Shown: positions 1-8,828, counted from the first letter of the stretch. The stretch is 62,310 nt of DNA from Thermofilaceae archaeon (GCA_038727095.1 JAVYWK010000011.1:1-62310); one strand, 5' to 3'. Notes: generated from the letters alone by a model not told the origin. Numbers and translations: made by a program.

Positions 1-2
1 AG

Positions 3-287
3 AGGGAGTTTCAAACGCTCAGCGAGTACCAGCGCCAATTCCTCAGGGTAGCTGCAAGGCTGCTGAGAAAGGGTGGCCTTCTGCTGTACTCCACTTGCAC
101 TTTAACGCTGGAGGAGAACGAGTTGAACGTGCTTTGGGCTGTGAAGGAGCTGGGGTTCAAGCTGCGGAGCCAACCTGTGTTCCTGGGCTCGTCCGGCTTT
201 GCCGGGCTCGGATCTCTAGTGCAGCGGTTTGAGCCCGACATTCACGATTCGCCCGGTTTCTTCATAGCGCTCCTGGAAAAAGTATGA
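3..287 (+). CDS. RsmB/NOP2/Sun family RNA m5C methyltransferase, C-terminal fragment (truncated by window start)
   Basis: Own translation from nt 3: REFQTLSEYQRQFLRVAARLLRKGGLLLYSTCTLTLEENE...DSPGFFIALLEKV*. The YSTCT..EENE and GFFIA motifs are typical of the family. Absent from the ORF track. Confidence 0.85.
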   Translation, partial: REFQTLSEYQRQFLRVAARLLRKGGLLLYSTCTLTLEENELNVLWAVKELGFKLRSQPVFLGSSGFAGLGSLVQRFEPDIHDSPGFFIALLEKV

Positions 288-375
288 TGGTGCGGGGGCC
301 GGGATTCGAACCCGGGCAGGCCTACGCCAGCGGAGCCTAAGTCCGCCCCCTTTGTCCTAGCTCGGGCACCCCCGC
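288..375 (-). tRNA. tRNA-Leu(UAG), intronless, CCA encoded
   Basis: Reverse complement folds as a cloverleaf: GCGGGGG acceptor, GCGGA-CT-TAG-GC-TCCGC anticodon arm, long variable arm, GGGTTCGAATCCC T-arm, ACCA end. Confidence 0.97.
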
Positions 376-397
376 CATGCTGGGGTTGACATACGAG

Positions 398-406
398 TTT
401 TAAAAA
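398..406 (-). promoter_or_regulatory. TATA box of tRNA-Leu
   Basis: TTTTTAAAA about 23-31 nt upstream of the mature tRNA 5' end. Confidence 0.6.
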
Positions 407-423
407 TCATGCTGAGCCGTTGT

Positions 424-472
424 TCAGTCAAATGCCTTCCGTTCATGGCTCACCGTAACTCTGCTTCATCAT
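424..472 (-). ncRNA. box C/D methylation-guide sRNA (double guide, probably 23S rRNA H69-H71)
   Basis: Minus strand reads ATGATGA (C), AGCAGAGTTACG, GTGA (D'), GCC, ATGAACG (C'), GAAGGCATTTGA, CTGA (D). 49 nt, two 12-nt guides, intergenic. Confidence 0.8.
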
Positions 473-545
473 TAGATCTCGTACGCTCCGGGACCGCTTA
501 CACTCTTCAGAAGGGTTTAATAACCTATTCCATTGCGGGGGCCTC

Positions 546-722
546 ATGAGCGAGTTGAGGTTACCTATATGCTCGTCGTGCAGGAGACCGATAGCGCCGT
601 ACAGCCGGGGCGTCAGGTTCCGCTGCCCTAACTGCGGGGAAGTCGATATCTGGCGCTGCGAGAAGTGCAGGAAGCTCGTGATACAGTATGTGTGCCCTAA
701 GTGCGGCTTTGTCGGCCCTTAG
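546..722 (+). CDS. DUF1610/HVO_2753-type double zinc-finger protein (58 aa)
   Basis: Own translation MSELRLPICSSCRRPIAPYSRGVRFRCPNCGEVDIWRCEKCRKLVIQYVCPKCGFVGP*. Four CxxC pairs, C-terminal CGFxGP, and the usual position upstream of EF-1beta. Below the ORF-track cutoff. Confidence 0.92.
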   Translation: MSELRLPICSSCRRPIAPYSRGVRFRCPNCGEVDIWRCEKCRKLVIQYVCPKCGFVGP

Positions 723-731
723 GTGACCCGT

Positions 732-1010
732 ATGGCCCGCGTAGTGACCGTTGTGAGGGTTCTGCCAGCAGACGCTGAAGCACCTCCAGAGCAAATCGTG
801 GAGCTCGTCAAGAGCCGCCTCCCCGGGGACACGTACGAGGTCCTTAGGAGCAGGACTGAGCCCATAGCTTTCGGCATCACCGCGATATACCTGTGGATCG
901 CCATGCCCGAGAATCTTGAGGGGGGCACGTACGATCTGGAGAGCAGGCTGTCCAGTATACCGGAGATCAGCCAGTTCGACGTGATTACCGTCTCCAGGCT
1001 TCTCGAGTAA
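732..1010 (+). CDS. ef1b: translation elongation factor 1-beta
   Basis: MARVVTVVRVLP...EPIAFGI motif; GGTGA Shine-Dalgarno upstream of ATG 732. Confidence 0.92.
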   Translation: MARVVTVVRVLPADAEAPPEQIVELVKSRLPGDTYEVLRSRTEPIAFGITAIYLWIAMPENLEGGTYDLESRLSSIPEISQFDVITVSRLLE

Positions 1011-1012
1011 CG

Positions 1013-1378
1013 CTATACGATTACGACCAGCGACTCGCCCTGTTTAACGGTCGCTCCCTCCTTGACCAGCACGTCCTTGACGATGCCGCTCCTACCGGCC
1101 CTAACCTCCACTCTGGTCTTCATCGCTTCCATTACAGCTATTAGGGTCCCCTGTTTAACCTCGTCACCGGGCTTCACTCTAACCTCGACCACACGCCCCG
1201 TTATTGGCGCGGGCACTCCCCCCTCGACCATCTTTGCCGCGGGGATCTCCGCAGTAACGCGCTTTACAACGCCAGTCTGGAAAGCCTGGAGCAGAGCCTC
1301 AATATCACCCGGCTCGGCGAGCTCTACTTCAACCTCGTAGAGCTCCCCGTCTAAAACCACTCTAAACTTCCTTCTCAT
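1013..1378 (-). CDS. biotin carboxyl carrier protein (MmdC/gamma-like)
   Basis: EAMKT biotinylation motif, APITGRVV, N-terminal FRVVLDGELYEVEV hairpin. Start chosen at ATG 1378. Confidence 0.92.
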   Translation of the reverse strand: MRRKFRVVLDGELYEVEVELAEPGDIEALLQAFQTGVVKRVTAEIPAAKMVEGGVPAPITGRVVEVRVKPGDEVKQGTLIAVMEAMKTRVEVRAGRSGIVKDVLVKEGATVKQGESLVVIV

Positions 1379-1565
1379 GTCGACCCCTTTTGAGCGTGCA
1401 CCACCTCTCCGAAGGAGCGTCCAGTCTGGCTGCAATAACCCAGCCCGAGAACCTCCCCCAGCGGGCCGCTGCGTTAACCGCAGCTTTACTGCGCTTCAAG
1501 CTTAGCAGCATCACGCAGGCTGCTAGCACCGCTAGCCTCTTTTCGGGCTCTATCTCCTCTGTCAC
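1362..1565 (-). CDS. small acyl-CoA (de)carboxylase delta/epsilon-like accessory subunit
   Basis: Lies between the carboxyltransferase and BCCP. Hydrophobic LAVLAA helix and SGWVIAAR motif resemble delta/epsilon C-termini. Confidence 0.6.
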   Translation of the reverse strand: MTEEIEPEKRLAVLAACVMLLSLKRSKAAVNAAARWGRFSGWVIAARLDAPSERWCTLKRGRHEKEV

Positions 1566-1568
1566 GGC

Positions 1569-3128
1569 TTACACCGGCGGTATTCCGTGCTTCTTGGGCG
1601 GATTGGGCTTCCTCTCCCGCTTGGACAAGAGGTAATTAAGCGTTTGAGCTAGCACCCTTCTCGTCTCGCTGGGCATAATGACGTCGTCAGCATAGCCCCT
1701 GCCCGCCGCAAAGTAGGGCGTGGTAACCTTCCTCCTGTACTCTCTAACGAAGTTCCTCACCAGTTCATCCCGTTCCTCGGGTTTTGCTGCTGCAATCGCG
1801 TCCCTGTAGATGATCTCTACAGCGCCCTCTGGCCCCATAACCGCGATCTCCGCTGTTGGCCAGGCGTAAACGACGTCCGCCCCCAAATGCTTACTGCCAA
1901 GCGCGATGTAAGCGCCTCCGTACGCCTTCCTCATGATTACAGTGATCTTCGGAACAGTGGAGCTGGCGTAAGCGTATATGATCTTCGCGCCGTGGCGGAT
2001 GACCCCTCCATGCTCCTGCACGGTTCCCGGTAGGAAGCCTGGGACGTCCATCAGCGTTATGATTGGGATGTTAAACGCGTCGCAGAACATTACGAAGCGA
2101 GCGATCTTATCGGAACTGTTGATGTCCAAGGCTCCAGCCATGAAGGCTGGCTGATTGGCCACCACTCCAACAACATGGCCCGCGAGGCGTGCGAAGCCGA
2201 CAACAGCGTTGGGCGCAAAATGCTCGTGCACTTCGAGAAACGTTCCCCGGTCGAAGACCGTTGAGATTATCTCTTTCACGTCGTACGGTTCCTCCGGATC
2301 GTCGGGAACGATGCCGTTCAACGTCTCGTCTTCCCGGTATGGGTCGTCGCCTGTATCGATGAACGGCGGGTCCTCGACGTTGTTCAAGGGTAGGTAGCTC
2401 AGGAGCCTTTTTATCAGCCTTACCGCCTCCTCGTCGCTGTCCACGACAAAGTGGGCTACGCCACTCTTTGTCGCGTGGACGTCGGGCCCCCCCAGCTCCT
2501 CGAACGTGACGTCCTCCCCGGTTGCAGCTTTAACGACCTTAGGGCCGGTGATGAACATGTAGCTGGTCTTCCTCACCATCACTATGAAATCGGCGAGAGC
2601 GGGCGAGTACACTGCACCGCCAGCGCAGGGACCCATGATGGCCACGATCTGCGGTACCACTCCGCTAGCCAGTACGTTCCTGTAGAATATCTCGCCGTAA
2701 CCCTTCAGCGAATCAACGCCCTCCTGGATGCGCGCGCCCCCTGAGTCGTTGAGGCCTACCACCGGTACACCCAGCTTCATCGCCATCTCGATTAAGGCGG
2801 CTATTTTCAGAGCGTGCATTTCACCTACGCTACCGCCCATGAACGTGAAATCCTGCGCGTACACTGCCACTTTGCGCCCCTCGACCTCGCCTATCCCAGT
2901 TACAACCCCGTCCCCGTAAGCTACCCTCTCGGACATCCCAAACTCTGTCGCCCTATGCTTGACGAAGCGCCCCAGCTCTACGAAGCTCCCCTTATCCAGC
3001 AACAGTTCTATCCTCTCCCAGGCAGTAAGCTTGCCCGCTTTATGCTGGGCAGCGATCCTCTCAGCGCCACCACCAAGCTTGGCGAGCTCCCTTAGACGCT
3101 GCAACTCCTCAAATCTGTCAGCAGGCAT
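1569..3128 (-). CDS. acyl-CoA carboxyltransferase (methylmalonyl-CoA decarboxylase alpha / propionyl-CoA carboxylase beta family)
   Basis: QDFTFMGGS, DSGGARIQEG, GPCAGGAVYSPA, DVPGFLPG, RKAYGGAY and terminal KKHGIPP motifs. Confidence 0.95.
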   Translation of the reverse strand: MPADRFEELQRLRELAKLGGGAERIAAQHKAGKLTAWERIELLLDKGSFVELGRFVKHRATEFGMSERVAYGDGVVTGIGEVEGRKVAVYAQDFTFMGGSVGEMHALKIAALIEMAMKLGVPVVGLNDSGGARIQEGVDSLKGYGEIFYRNVLASGVVPQIVAIMGPCAGGAVYSPALADFIVMVRKTSYMFITGPKVVKAATGEDVTFEELGGPDVHATKSGVAHFVVDSDEEAVRLIKRLLSYLPLNNVEDPPFIDTGDDPYREDETLNGIVPDDPEEPYDVKEIISTVFDRGTFLEVHEHFAPNAVVGFARLAGHVVGVVANQPAFMAGALDINSSDKIARFVMFCDAFNIPIITLMDVPGFLPGTVQEHGGVIRHGAKIIYAYASSTVPKITVIMRKAYGGAYIALGSKHLGADVVYAWPTAEIAVMGPEGAVEIIYRDAIAAAKPEERDELVRNFVREYRRKVTTPYFAAGRGYADDVIMPSETRRVLAQTLNYLLSKRERKPNPPKKHGIPPV

Positions 3129-3146
3129 ACCCTCAGCTTCCCTTCA

Positions 3147-3761
3147 CTACACCTCTTTAACCCACATCTCGTAGACCGTGTTTCCGATCTTAACTCTCAC
3201 TAGCCTCGCGCCGCTCCTAGCCATCTCGCAAGCGTAGCGGAGGTGGCGGAGCACACGCTGCACCGCCTTATCGCAGGGTTCACCGTTGTTCAGGCAGGCT
3301 TGAACGAGCGATTGCGGTATGAATCTAGCTATGATATCACCGTCGATCTCTGAGACGCGCTTGACAATGAGCCTTAACCCAGCCTTAAGCTGCAAAGTCA
3401 ACGCGCGCAAACCGCTGAAGGCTACGTAGACTGGAGCCTCTACCGCTTCCACAACCATGCTGCACCCAGCATACAGGGGTAGCGCTCTCCAAGGCTTACA
3501 GACCCTACCTCCCGCACGAATGACGGCATTACCGGTGACAGCGGCTAGTGTCGGGGTTCGAGCTCTTACTTCGAGTCGCCCCTCCACTCGGATAGCCGGG
3601 TGGAAGATGGGGTTATCGACTAAAGCGTTGGAAGCCGCCCAGAGGAACTTCTCTCTCCCTTCCGCTTCCTGGACTATTCGAGCATCGAAGGCGTTCAACA
3701 CTTCCAGACCCTGGTCCTCAAGCCTCTCAACGGCTTCGAAGGCGGTGATGCTAGACTGCAT
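3147..3761 (-). CDS. divergent PxpC/KipA (allophanate hydrolase subunit 2)-like protein with BCCP-like C-terminal hairpin
   Basis: SNALVDN..AI, AAVTG, PWRALPLYAG and YVAFSG segments resemble CT_A_B/AHS2 motifs. First gene of the carboxyltransferase operon. Confidence 0.55.
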   Translation of the reverse strand: MQSSITAFEAVERLEDQGLEVLNAFDARIVQEAEGREKFLWAASNALVDNPIFHPAIRVEGRLEVRARTPTLAAVTGNAVIRAGGRVCKPWRALPLYAGCSMVVEAVEAPVYVAFSGLRALTLQLKAGLRLIVKRVSEIDGDIIARFIPQSLVQACLNNGEPCDKAVQRVLRHLRYACEMARSGARLVRVKIGNTVYEMWVKEV

Positions 3762-3821
3762 CCAGATACTACGATCCTAAGACTTTAAAAGGAATTCTAA
3801 TCGGCAATGGACTAACCGTGA

Positions 3822-4877
3822 TTAGGAGAGGTCCTCCCTCCTGATCCCGTAAAGGCTGCCATCGTGAGGTTCCAGCTGGTACCAGTATGCAACGCTGCTG
3901 TAGTCAGCTTCAACCTCGTTGAACTCACCGTGGGGCGCGTAAACCTCTATGCTTTCCTTGAACGGGATTGGGTCCAGCACGTGAAACCTGTAGGCTGCTA
4001 TTTCGCCCTTCTCCTCGTCCTTGTGGATCAGCCCGTGGAGGGGGGCTGTAAAAGGCCCACCGGAAAAGTACCAGCCTGAGAGGAAGTAGTCCTCAGTGCC
4101 CGTTGAAACGTAGCTGGGTTCCCCATCAGCGATTATCGCAATGTTCCCCTCTAGGTAGCCTAGACCACCGATGATCGGGGGTTTCAAGCTCAAGCTCCTC
4201 ATGTAAAGGTACGTTCCAACGTAGTGCCCCCTCCCCCTGCCCTTCAACACGCAGTATGGTTCGCCAGCCTTAACCTCCTTTTCCCTTCTCCAAAGCGCGT
4301 GGAAGCGCGGTCGATTGCTCGTATCTACTCCAACGTAGTAGCCGATGATGAAATAGAGGGATTGGATCTCTTCGTTGCCTAGATTTTCAACCTCTACACG
4401 GGCCTTGCTGAAAGGCATTGGAAAGAAGCAGAATAGGCCACCGCTGCTGAGGCCGACTAGCGCGGAGTAGGCGCTCGAGGCTAGACTGGGCTTTGGGCTA
4501 AACGCCCGGTGGCCCTGGAGAAAGAAGTCTCCGATGGGCGTCTCAACGCTCGGTACAGACTCGCCGTCCCAGTATGCCCTTAGGATCGTGTGTCTGAGAA
4601 AACTCCGATCGGACGCGCTCAGTGTCATCCAAATGCTAGCTATGATCCCCGGTTCATCGCTGGTGAATATCATCAACTTTTGGCCAGGATCGATCCTGTA
4701 GTAATCCAAGCGGGACTCAGATTCGACATTCTTCAGCACTCCTTTCCTTTTCCAATGGTCTATCCAATCTGGTGGGATCCTCGGAAGCAAGAACCCCCCT
4801 TCCTCCTCCGTCAATTTGTGCGTACTCGAAACGAATCTCATTCTATAATCTTTCAGATTAATTAGGTTTTCAAGCAT
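3822..4877 (-). CDS. DUF2961 / glycoside hydrolase family 172 protein
   Basis: PGIIASIWMT, YWDGE..PSVE.PIGDFF, FPMPF, GRGHYVG, TGTEDYF.SGWYF, YRFH..DPI.F and SSVAYWYQ motifs. Confidence 0.88.
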   Translation of the reverse strand: MLENLINLKDYRMRFVSSTHKLTEEEGGFLLPRIPPDWIDHWKRKGVLKNVESESRLDYYRIDPGQKLMIFTSDEPGIIASIWMTLSASDRSFLRHTILRAYWDGESVPSVETPIGDFFLQGHRAFSPKPSLASSAYSALVGLSSGGLFCFFPMPFSKARVEVENLGNEEIQSLYFIIGYYVGVDTSNRPRFHALWRREKEVKAGEPYCVLKGRGRGHYVGTYLYMRSLSLKPPIIGGLGYLEGNIAIIADGEPSYVSTGTEDYFLSGWYFSGGPFTAPLHGLIHKDEEKGEIAAYRFHVLDPIPFKESIEVYAPHGEFNEVEADYSSVAYWYQLEPHDGSLYGIRREDLS

Positions 4878-4898
4878 CAGTGTACCTATGCTTACATG

Positions 4899-5228
4899 CT
4901 AATAATTGTGCGCATTTATTCCGGCTTCAACCGTCCACAGCTCCTCGCGGTTTGAGGTTAGTGTTACCCTAGCTTTGCTCAAGCTGTCTACGCGCAGGAG
5001 GGGTATCTCTATGATCGTGTTAGAGCCTTCAACCTTCACATCATCGAGGTAAGCAACAGCTACGATGTTCTCTTCGCAGTCGTAGAGCTCAACGTAAAGA
5101 GAGAGGTCTGGGTAGGGTTGAGGGACGCGTATTTCTATTTTTAGAAACCATGTGCTACCCGATTTGCGGTGGACTGAAAGGTTTGTAAGCTCGAAAGAAG
5201 AAAACTTGCATTCCCTTCTTTGAGGCAC
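4899..5228 (-). CDS. hypothetical protein
   Basis: 109-aa ORF co-oriented between alba and the GH172 gene with short spacers; beta-rich composition. Confidence 0.65.
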   Translation of the reverse strand: MPQRRECKFSSFELTNLSVHRKSGSTWFLKIEIRVPQPYPDLSLYVELYDCEENIVAVAYLDDVKVEGSNTIIEIPLLRVDSLSKARVTLTSNREELWTVEAGINAHNY

Positions 5229-5240
5229 TGGTTTGGCTGC

Positions 5241-5519
5241 TTACTCCTTCCTTTCAAGTACTATTTCGATCGCTGAGACGAGGCGCTCCTTGCCTGGTTC
5301 GCCGACTCTCTCGCTGGAGATCCTCACGTTGGCAATGGTCACTCGATCGCCCATGAACCTCTTTATTACTTCAGCTGCATCAACAGCCTTTGAGATAGCT
5401 CGTCCTCTGGCCTTCAGTATGACCCTTCTGCTGCCCAGCGTGAACTGCGTCACTGCAGCTAGTACGTAGTTGGCCACAGCCTTCTGACCGATAAGTATCG
5501 TTCCCTCAGCCGTTGCCAT
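5241..5519 (-). CDS. albA: DNA/RNA-binding protein Alba
   Basis: ILIGQK..NYV, KARGRAISKAVDAAE and VSAIEI motifs. Confidence 0.96.
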   Translation of the reverse strand: MATAEGTILIGQKAVANYVLAAVTQFTLGSRRVILKARGRAISKAVDAAEVIKRFMGDRVTIANVRISSERVGEPGKERLVSAIEIVLERKE

Positions 5520-5603
5520 TTCAACTCACCTTTGTGGCAAGCCCCCTTCCGCCTAACTCTATTAAACTTTCCTTTCAACAAGCGCGTCCTGCTTTGCTGT
5601 AGG

Positions 5604-6449
5604 TTAAAAGCTGCCCGAAAATTGAGGGGAAGCTTTAATCACGATGCGATCCCCAGTGGCCAGCCCGTAACGGACTGCAGCATTACCCCTGTTGACTGCC
5701 AGTTCAAGATGATCTTCGCTATTGATCAGCAGCAGAGTCTCACTCTCTACTACGTAACCGTAACTGGGTAAGAGAGGGGCTTCGATTTCTACCGATCCCT
5801 TCAGCTCTATTTTGCACCTTGTTCCATACGTGAGACCAGACCTTCCAACGTCGCTAGCAGTGGCATTGAGAACAACATTTCCGAAATCATCGATGTATAG
5901 CACTTCGCACGCCAAGTACCCTGCTTTAATCTCGGGCTGGGCAAACGATGGTATGTTCAACCCGTCCTCGATCAGAGGGCCTACCTCCTCGAAAGGGAGC
6001 CCGCAGGCCAGGTAGGCAGCTACCGGCGCAAATATGTCGCGGCCGTGGAATGTACGGGAGACTTTACCCCTCGTCAATCGGGGGTTCTCGATGAGCCTAA
6101 CCTCCTGTACGCCATCTTCGAGGGCAGCTGGAGCTAATAGACCGTTGTCAGGCCCGATGAAGATGTAGCTGCTCGTTTTAATCACAATGCTGCGCCTCTG
6201 CGTCCCCACGCCGGGATCCACGACTGCTACGTGGATCGTGCCCGGGGGGAAGTACTTGTACGCGGCCTTTAGGAGGTAAGCACCGGCTCTCACATCAAAC
6301 TTAGGTACGCAGTGCGTTATGTCGATGATTACCGCATGTGGGGTTATTGACAGGATTACACCCTTCATTGAGCCGACGTAGTGATCACGGTATCCGAAAT
6401 CTGTAAGCAGAGTGATTACAGGATTTTTAAGCATGTACAGATTATGCAA
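5604..6449 (-). CDS. SAM hydroxide adenosyltransferase / chlorinase-fluorinase family (DUF62)
   Basis: TLLTDFG..D.YVG.MKG, VVDPGVG, GPDNG, TFHGRDIFAP, IDDFGN and ELAVN motifs. Start may be 6434. Confidence 0.92.
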   Translation of the reverse strand: MHNLYMLKNPVITLLTDFGYRDHYVGSMKGVILSITPHAVIIDITHCVPKFDVRAGAYLLKAAYKYFPPGTIHVAVVDPGVGTQRRSIVIKTSSYIFIGPDNGLLAPAALEDGVQEVRLIENPRLTRGKVSRTFHGRDIFAPVAAYLACGLPFEEVGPLIEDGLNIPSFAQPEIKAGYLACEVLYIDDFGNVVLNATASDVGRSGLTYGTRCKIELKGSVEIEAPLLPSYGYVVESETLLLINSEDHLELAVNRGNAAVRYGLATGDRIVIKASPQFSGSF

Positions 6450-6529
6450 TTTAGGTTTTTATTTCTTGATTGATGAGAGTACGGCTTAAAGAGCGAAAGA
6501 AAGTTTAATGCGGTACCCGCAAAACCTCT

Positions 6530-7672
6530 GTGAAACGCCAGGATCGGCTGCTCTTCATACCTGGACCCGTGATGGTGGAGGAGGACGTCCTATTGGAGTC
6601 CGCGAAACCCATCGTAAATCACCGGGGGGAGCGCTTCCACGAGCTCTTTGAAGAAGTTGTCGAACGCTTAAGGAAGGTTTTGCGCACCGAGAACGATATA
6701 GTGATCTTCACAGCTTCAGGTTCAGGAGCGGTCGAAGCATTAGCTTCGAATTTCGGCCCTCGTCGAAAAGCCGTCGTGATTAACGCGGGGGAGTTTGGCG
6801 CAAGATTCTCAGAGACTTTAAAGACGTACGGCGCAAACGTTGTCGAGGTTACAGCTGAACCGGGCGATGCCCCCAGCCTCGAGCAAGTTGCTGAGAAGAT
6901 CCGAATTGAGAAGCCGGACATCGTGGCGTTCGTCTACAATGATACCTCCCCCGGCATCAGGTTGAGCTACATCCGTGAGCTGTGCAAGGTGGCGAAGGAG
7001 CACGGCGCGCTAACCTTGGTTGACGCTGTTTCGGCTGCGGGCGGCGACGAGCTCGACATCAATTCGTGGGGGATCGATGGGTTGGCAGCAGCTTCGCAAA
7101 AGTGCCTCGCAGCCCCTCCCGGGCTTTCCTTTGTAGTTTTGAGCGAAGAAGCGAAGGAGAAGATCGTAAGAACGCCGGTGACCGTCTACTTCGACCTACG
7201 GAGGTACATGGAGTTTAACCGTAGATCTGAGACACCATTTACGCCCGCGGTGACTCTCTTCGCCGCTCTGAGTAAGGCGTTGGAGAGGATACTCAGGTTC
7301 GGGATCGATGAATGGGTGAAAATGCACGTTGAGAGATCCATCGTGCTCTACAACGCTATTCAGAAGCTCGGCCTCAAACCTTTCGTGAGAGAAATTTACA
7401 GGTCTCGTACCGTACTTTCTTTCGCAACGCCGGATAGGGTGAGCGTCGGTGAGCTTCGAAAAAGGCTCGCAGAGGCTTACGGCATCGAAGTTGCGGGCGG
7501 CATGGGTGCGCTGAAGGATCGCATAATAAGGCTCGGTGTCATGGGCCCAATTAAGTACACTGATATTCTCGCGCTAGTTACGGCCCTAGGCCTCGAGCTG
7601 GAGCGCTTGGGTGTACAAGGCGACTTGGATGGAGCCTTAAGGGAGGTAGCTAGGCTGAAAGTTTACGGCTAG
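6530..7672 (+). CDS. class V PLP aminotransferase (serine-pyruvate/alanine-glyoxylate type)
   Basis: LFIPGP, VDAVS, SQKCLAAPPG (PLP lysine), TPFTP, RLGVMG. Confidence 0.92.
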   Translation: MKRQDRLLFIPGPVMVEEDVLLESAKPIVNHRGERFHELFEEVVERLRKVLRTENDIVIFTASGSGAVEALASNFGPRRKAVVINAGEFGARFSETLKTYGANVVEVTAEPGDAPSLEQVAEKIRIEKPDIVAFVYNDTSPGIRLSYIRELCKVAKEHGALTLVDAVSAAGGDELDINSWGIDGLAAASQKCLAAPPGLSFVVLSEEAKEKIVRTPVTVYFDLRRYMEFNRRSETPFTPAVTLFAALSKALERILRFGIDEWVKMHVERSIVLYNAIQKLGLKPFVREIYRSRTVLSFATPDRVSVGELRKRLAEAYGIEVAGGMGALKDRIIRLGVMGPIKYTDILALVTALGLELERLGVQGDLDGALREVARLKVYG

Positions 7673-7682
7673 AAGTCCTTTA

Positions 7683-8273
7683 GTGGCTCCCATGTGCCAG
7701 ATGAGTACCGTCGCACCGCGGGATCTGGTGCCGCAACCGATAGATGGCGGTAGGGCTTACGCTCTCGCTTTTGAGGTAATTTGCGAAGAAGGCATCGCTA
7801 GGCTGCTCAGCATGAGTGAAACATTGCTTGGCTTACGCATCATCCTCTTCAATCCAGATGCTGTAGTTGGCCCCGTTCACGTGATTACCGCTGTCGATTA
7901 CGCTGTAACGAGTTTTCGCTTAGGTCTCAACACTGCTAGAAGCTTGCATATCGAAGCGTTCCTCTACGCAGCGGCTACAAGGGAGATTTCAAAGGCTTTA
8001 GAGCTCTTTCAACCAGACGTGAACGAGCTACGAGCAATAGCGGTTCTTGTAGCAGATAGCGCTGAAGCCTGCATCAGGGGGGTTGCAGCTCTCTGTGAGC
8101 GCGTTAGAGCGAGCTTAAGCCCCATTGGTTACAGCGAAAAGGCGGCACGGTTACTCGCACAGAGACTGAGGATCGAAGAGAGGGAAATCCGGGCTACGTA
8201 CTCAACCGACTATACAACCGCGGTTGAAAAATGCCTATTATCGAGGATGGCACTCGAGTTTCTATCCCGCTAA
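7683..8273 (+). CDS. cgi121: KEOPS complex subunit Cgi121
   Basis: HV..A...A...NTARSLHIE.FLYAAATREISKAL and EK.LL.RMAL. Start uncertain (7692 or 7701 possible). Confidence 0.8.
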   Translation: MAPMCQMSTVAPRDLVPQPIDGGRAYALAFEVICEEGIARLLSMSETLLGLRIILFNPDAVVGPVHVITAVDYAVTSFRLGLNTARSLHIEAFLYAAATREISKALELFQPDVNELRAIAVLVADSAEACIRGVAALCERVRASLSPIGYSEKAARLLAQRLRIEEREIRATYSTDYTTAVEKCLLSRMALEFLSR

Positions 8274-8824
8274 CCCTCTCCTTCAGCCTCTGCACGGGCA
8301 GCCCGTCTAAGACGCTGGACGGAGACTATGTGCTTGGGCTTGACGACGGCGATACCAGCTACATCCCTTATTACCTCTACCAGAACGATCTTGTCGGGAT
8401 TCTCGAGGTCTACTTTATTCGGGATATTGGGTGCTATCGCCGAGATCACTTCATCTCGGGATAACGGGGATAGCCTGATGCGTGCTTCGATACGGTACCT
8501 GTCGTTAGGGTCAAGCCTATTGGCAGCTAAATTAAGAGCTTCTCGTTTTATCTCTTCTAGATCCGCCGATGTACAAGCCTCTATCGGCTCAATCTTAAGC
8601 AGAAAACGGAAGTACCATGGCTCACTGCTGATTTTCCTAGCGACATCTTCAACAACTTTGAATGGATCCAGTTTCGTGGATAAAACCACTAGCCCGGGCA
8701 GGCCTGTAGGGCTTGCCCGAACTTCGCTATCCCCCAGATCTCTGAGAAAGTACCAGAGCTCACTTAATAAATCATTCTCTCTCCTACGGTAAGTTGATGC
8801 TAACAGGTTAAACTTTTTTAGCAT
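8270..8824 (-). CDS. THUMP-domain protein (Tan1-like)
   Basis: NLLASTYRRREND, FLLKIEPI and KVDLENPDKIVLVEVI THUMP signature. Confidence 0.88.
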   Translation of the reverse strand: MLKKFNLLASTYRRRENDLLSELWYFLRDLGDSEVRASPTGLPGLVVLSTKLDPFKVVEDVARKISSEPWYFRFLLKIEPIEACTSADLEEIKREALNLAANRLDPNDRYRIEARIRLSPLSRDEVISAIAPNIPNKVDLENPDKIVLVEVIRDVAGIAVVKPKHIVSVQRLRRAARAEAEGEG

Positions 8825-8828
8825 TGCT

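Noticed and set aside
5604-6449. Halogenase (fluorinase/chlorinase) interpretation
   Set aside because: DUF62 proteins are widespread in archaea, the characterised ones are SAM hydrolases, and there is no secondary-metabolite context.
6470-6520. TTGATGA C-box-like sequence in a divergent intergenic region
   Set aside because: No D box downstream; the region is better explained as promoters.
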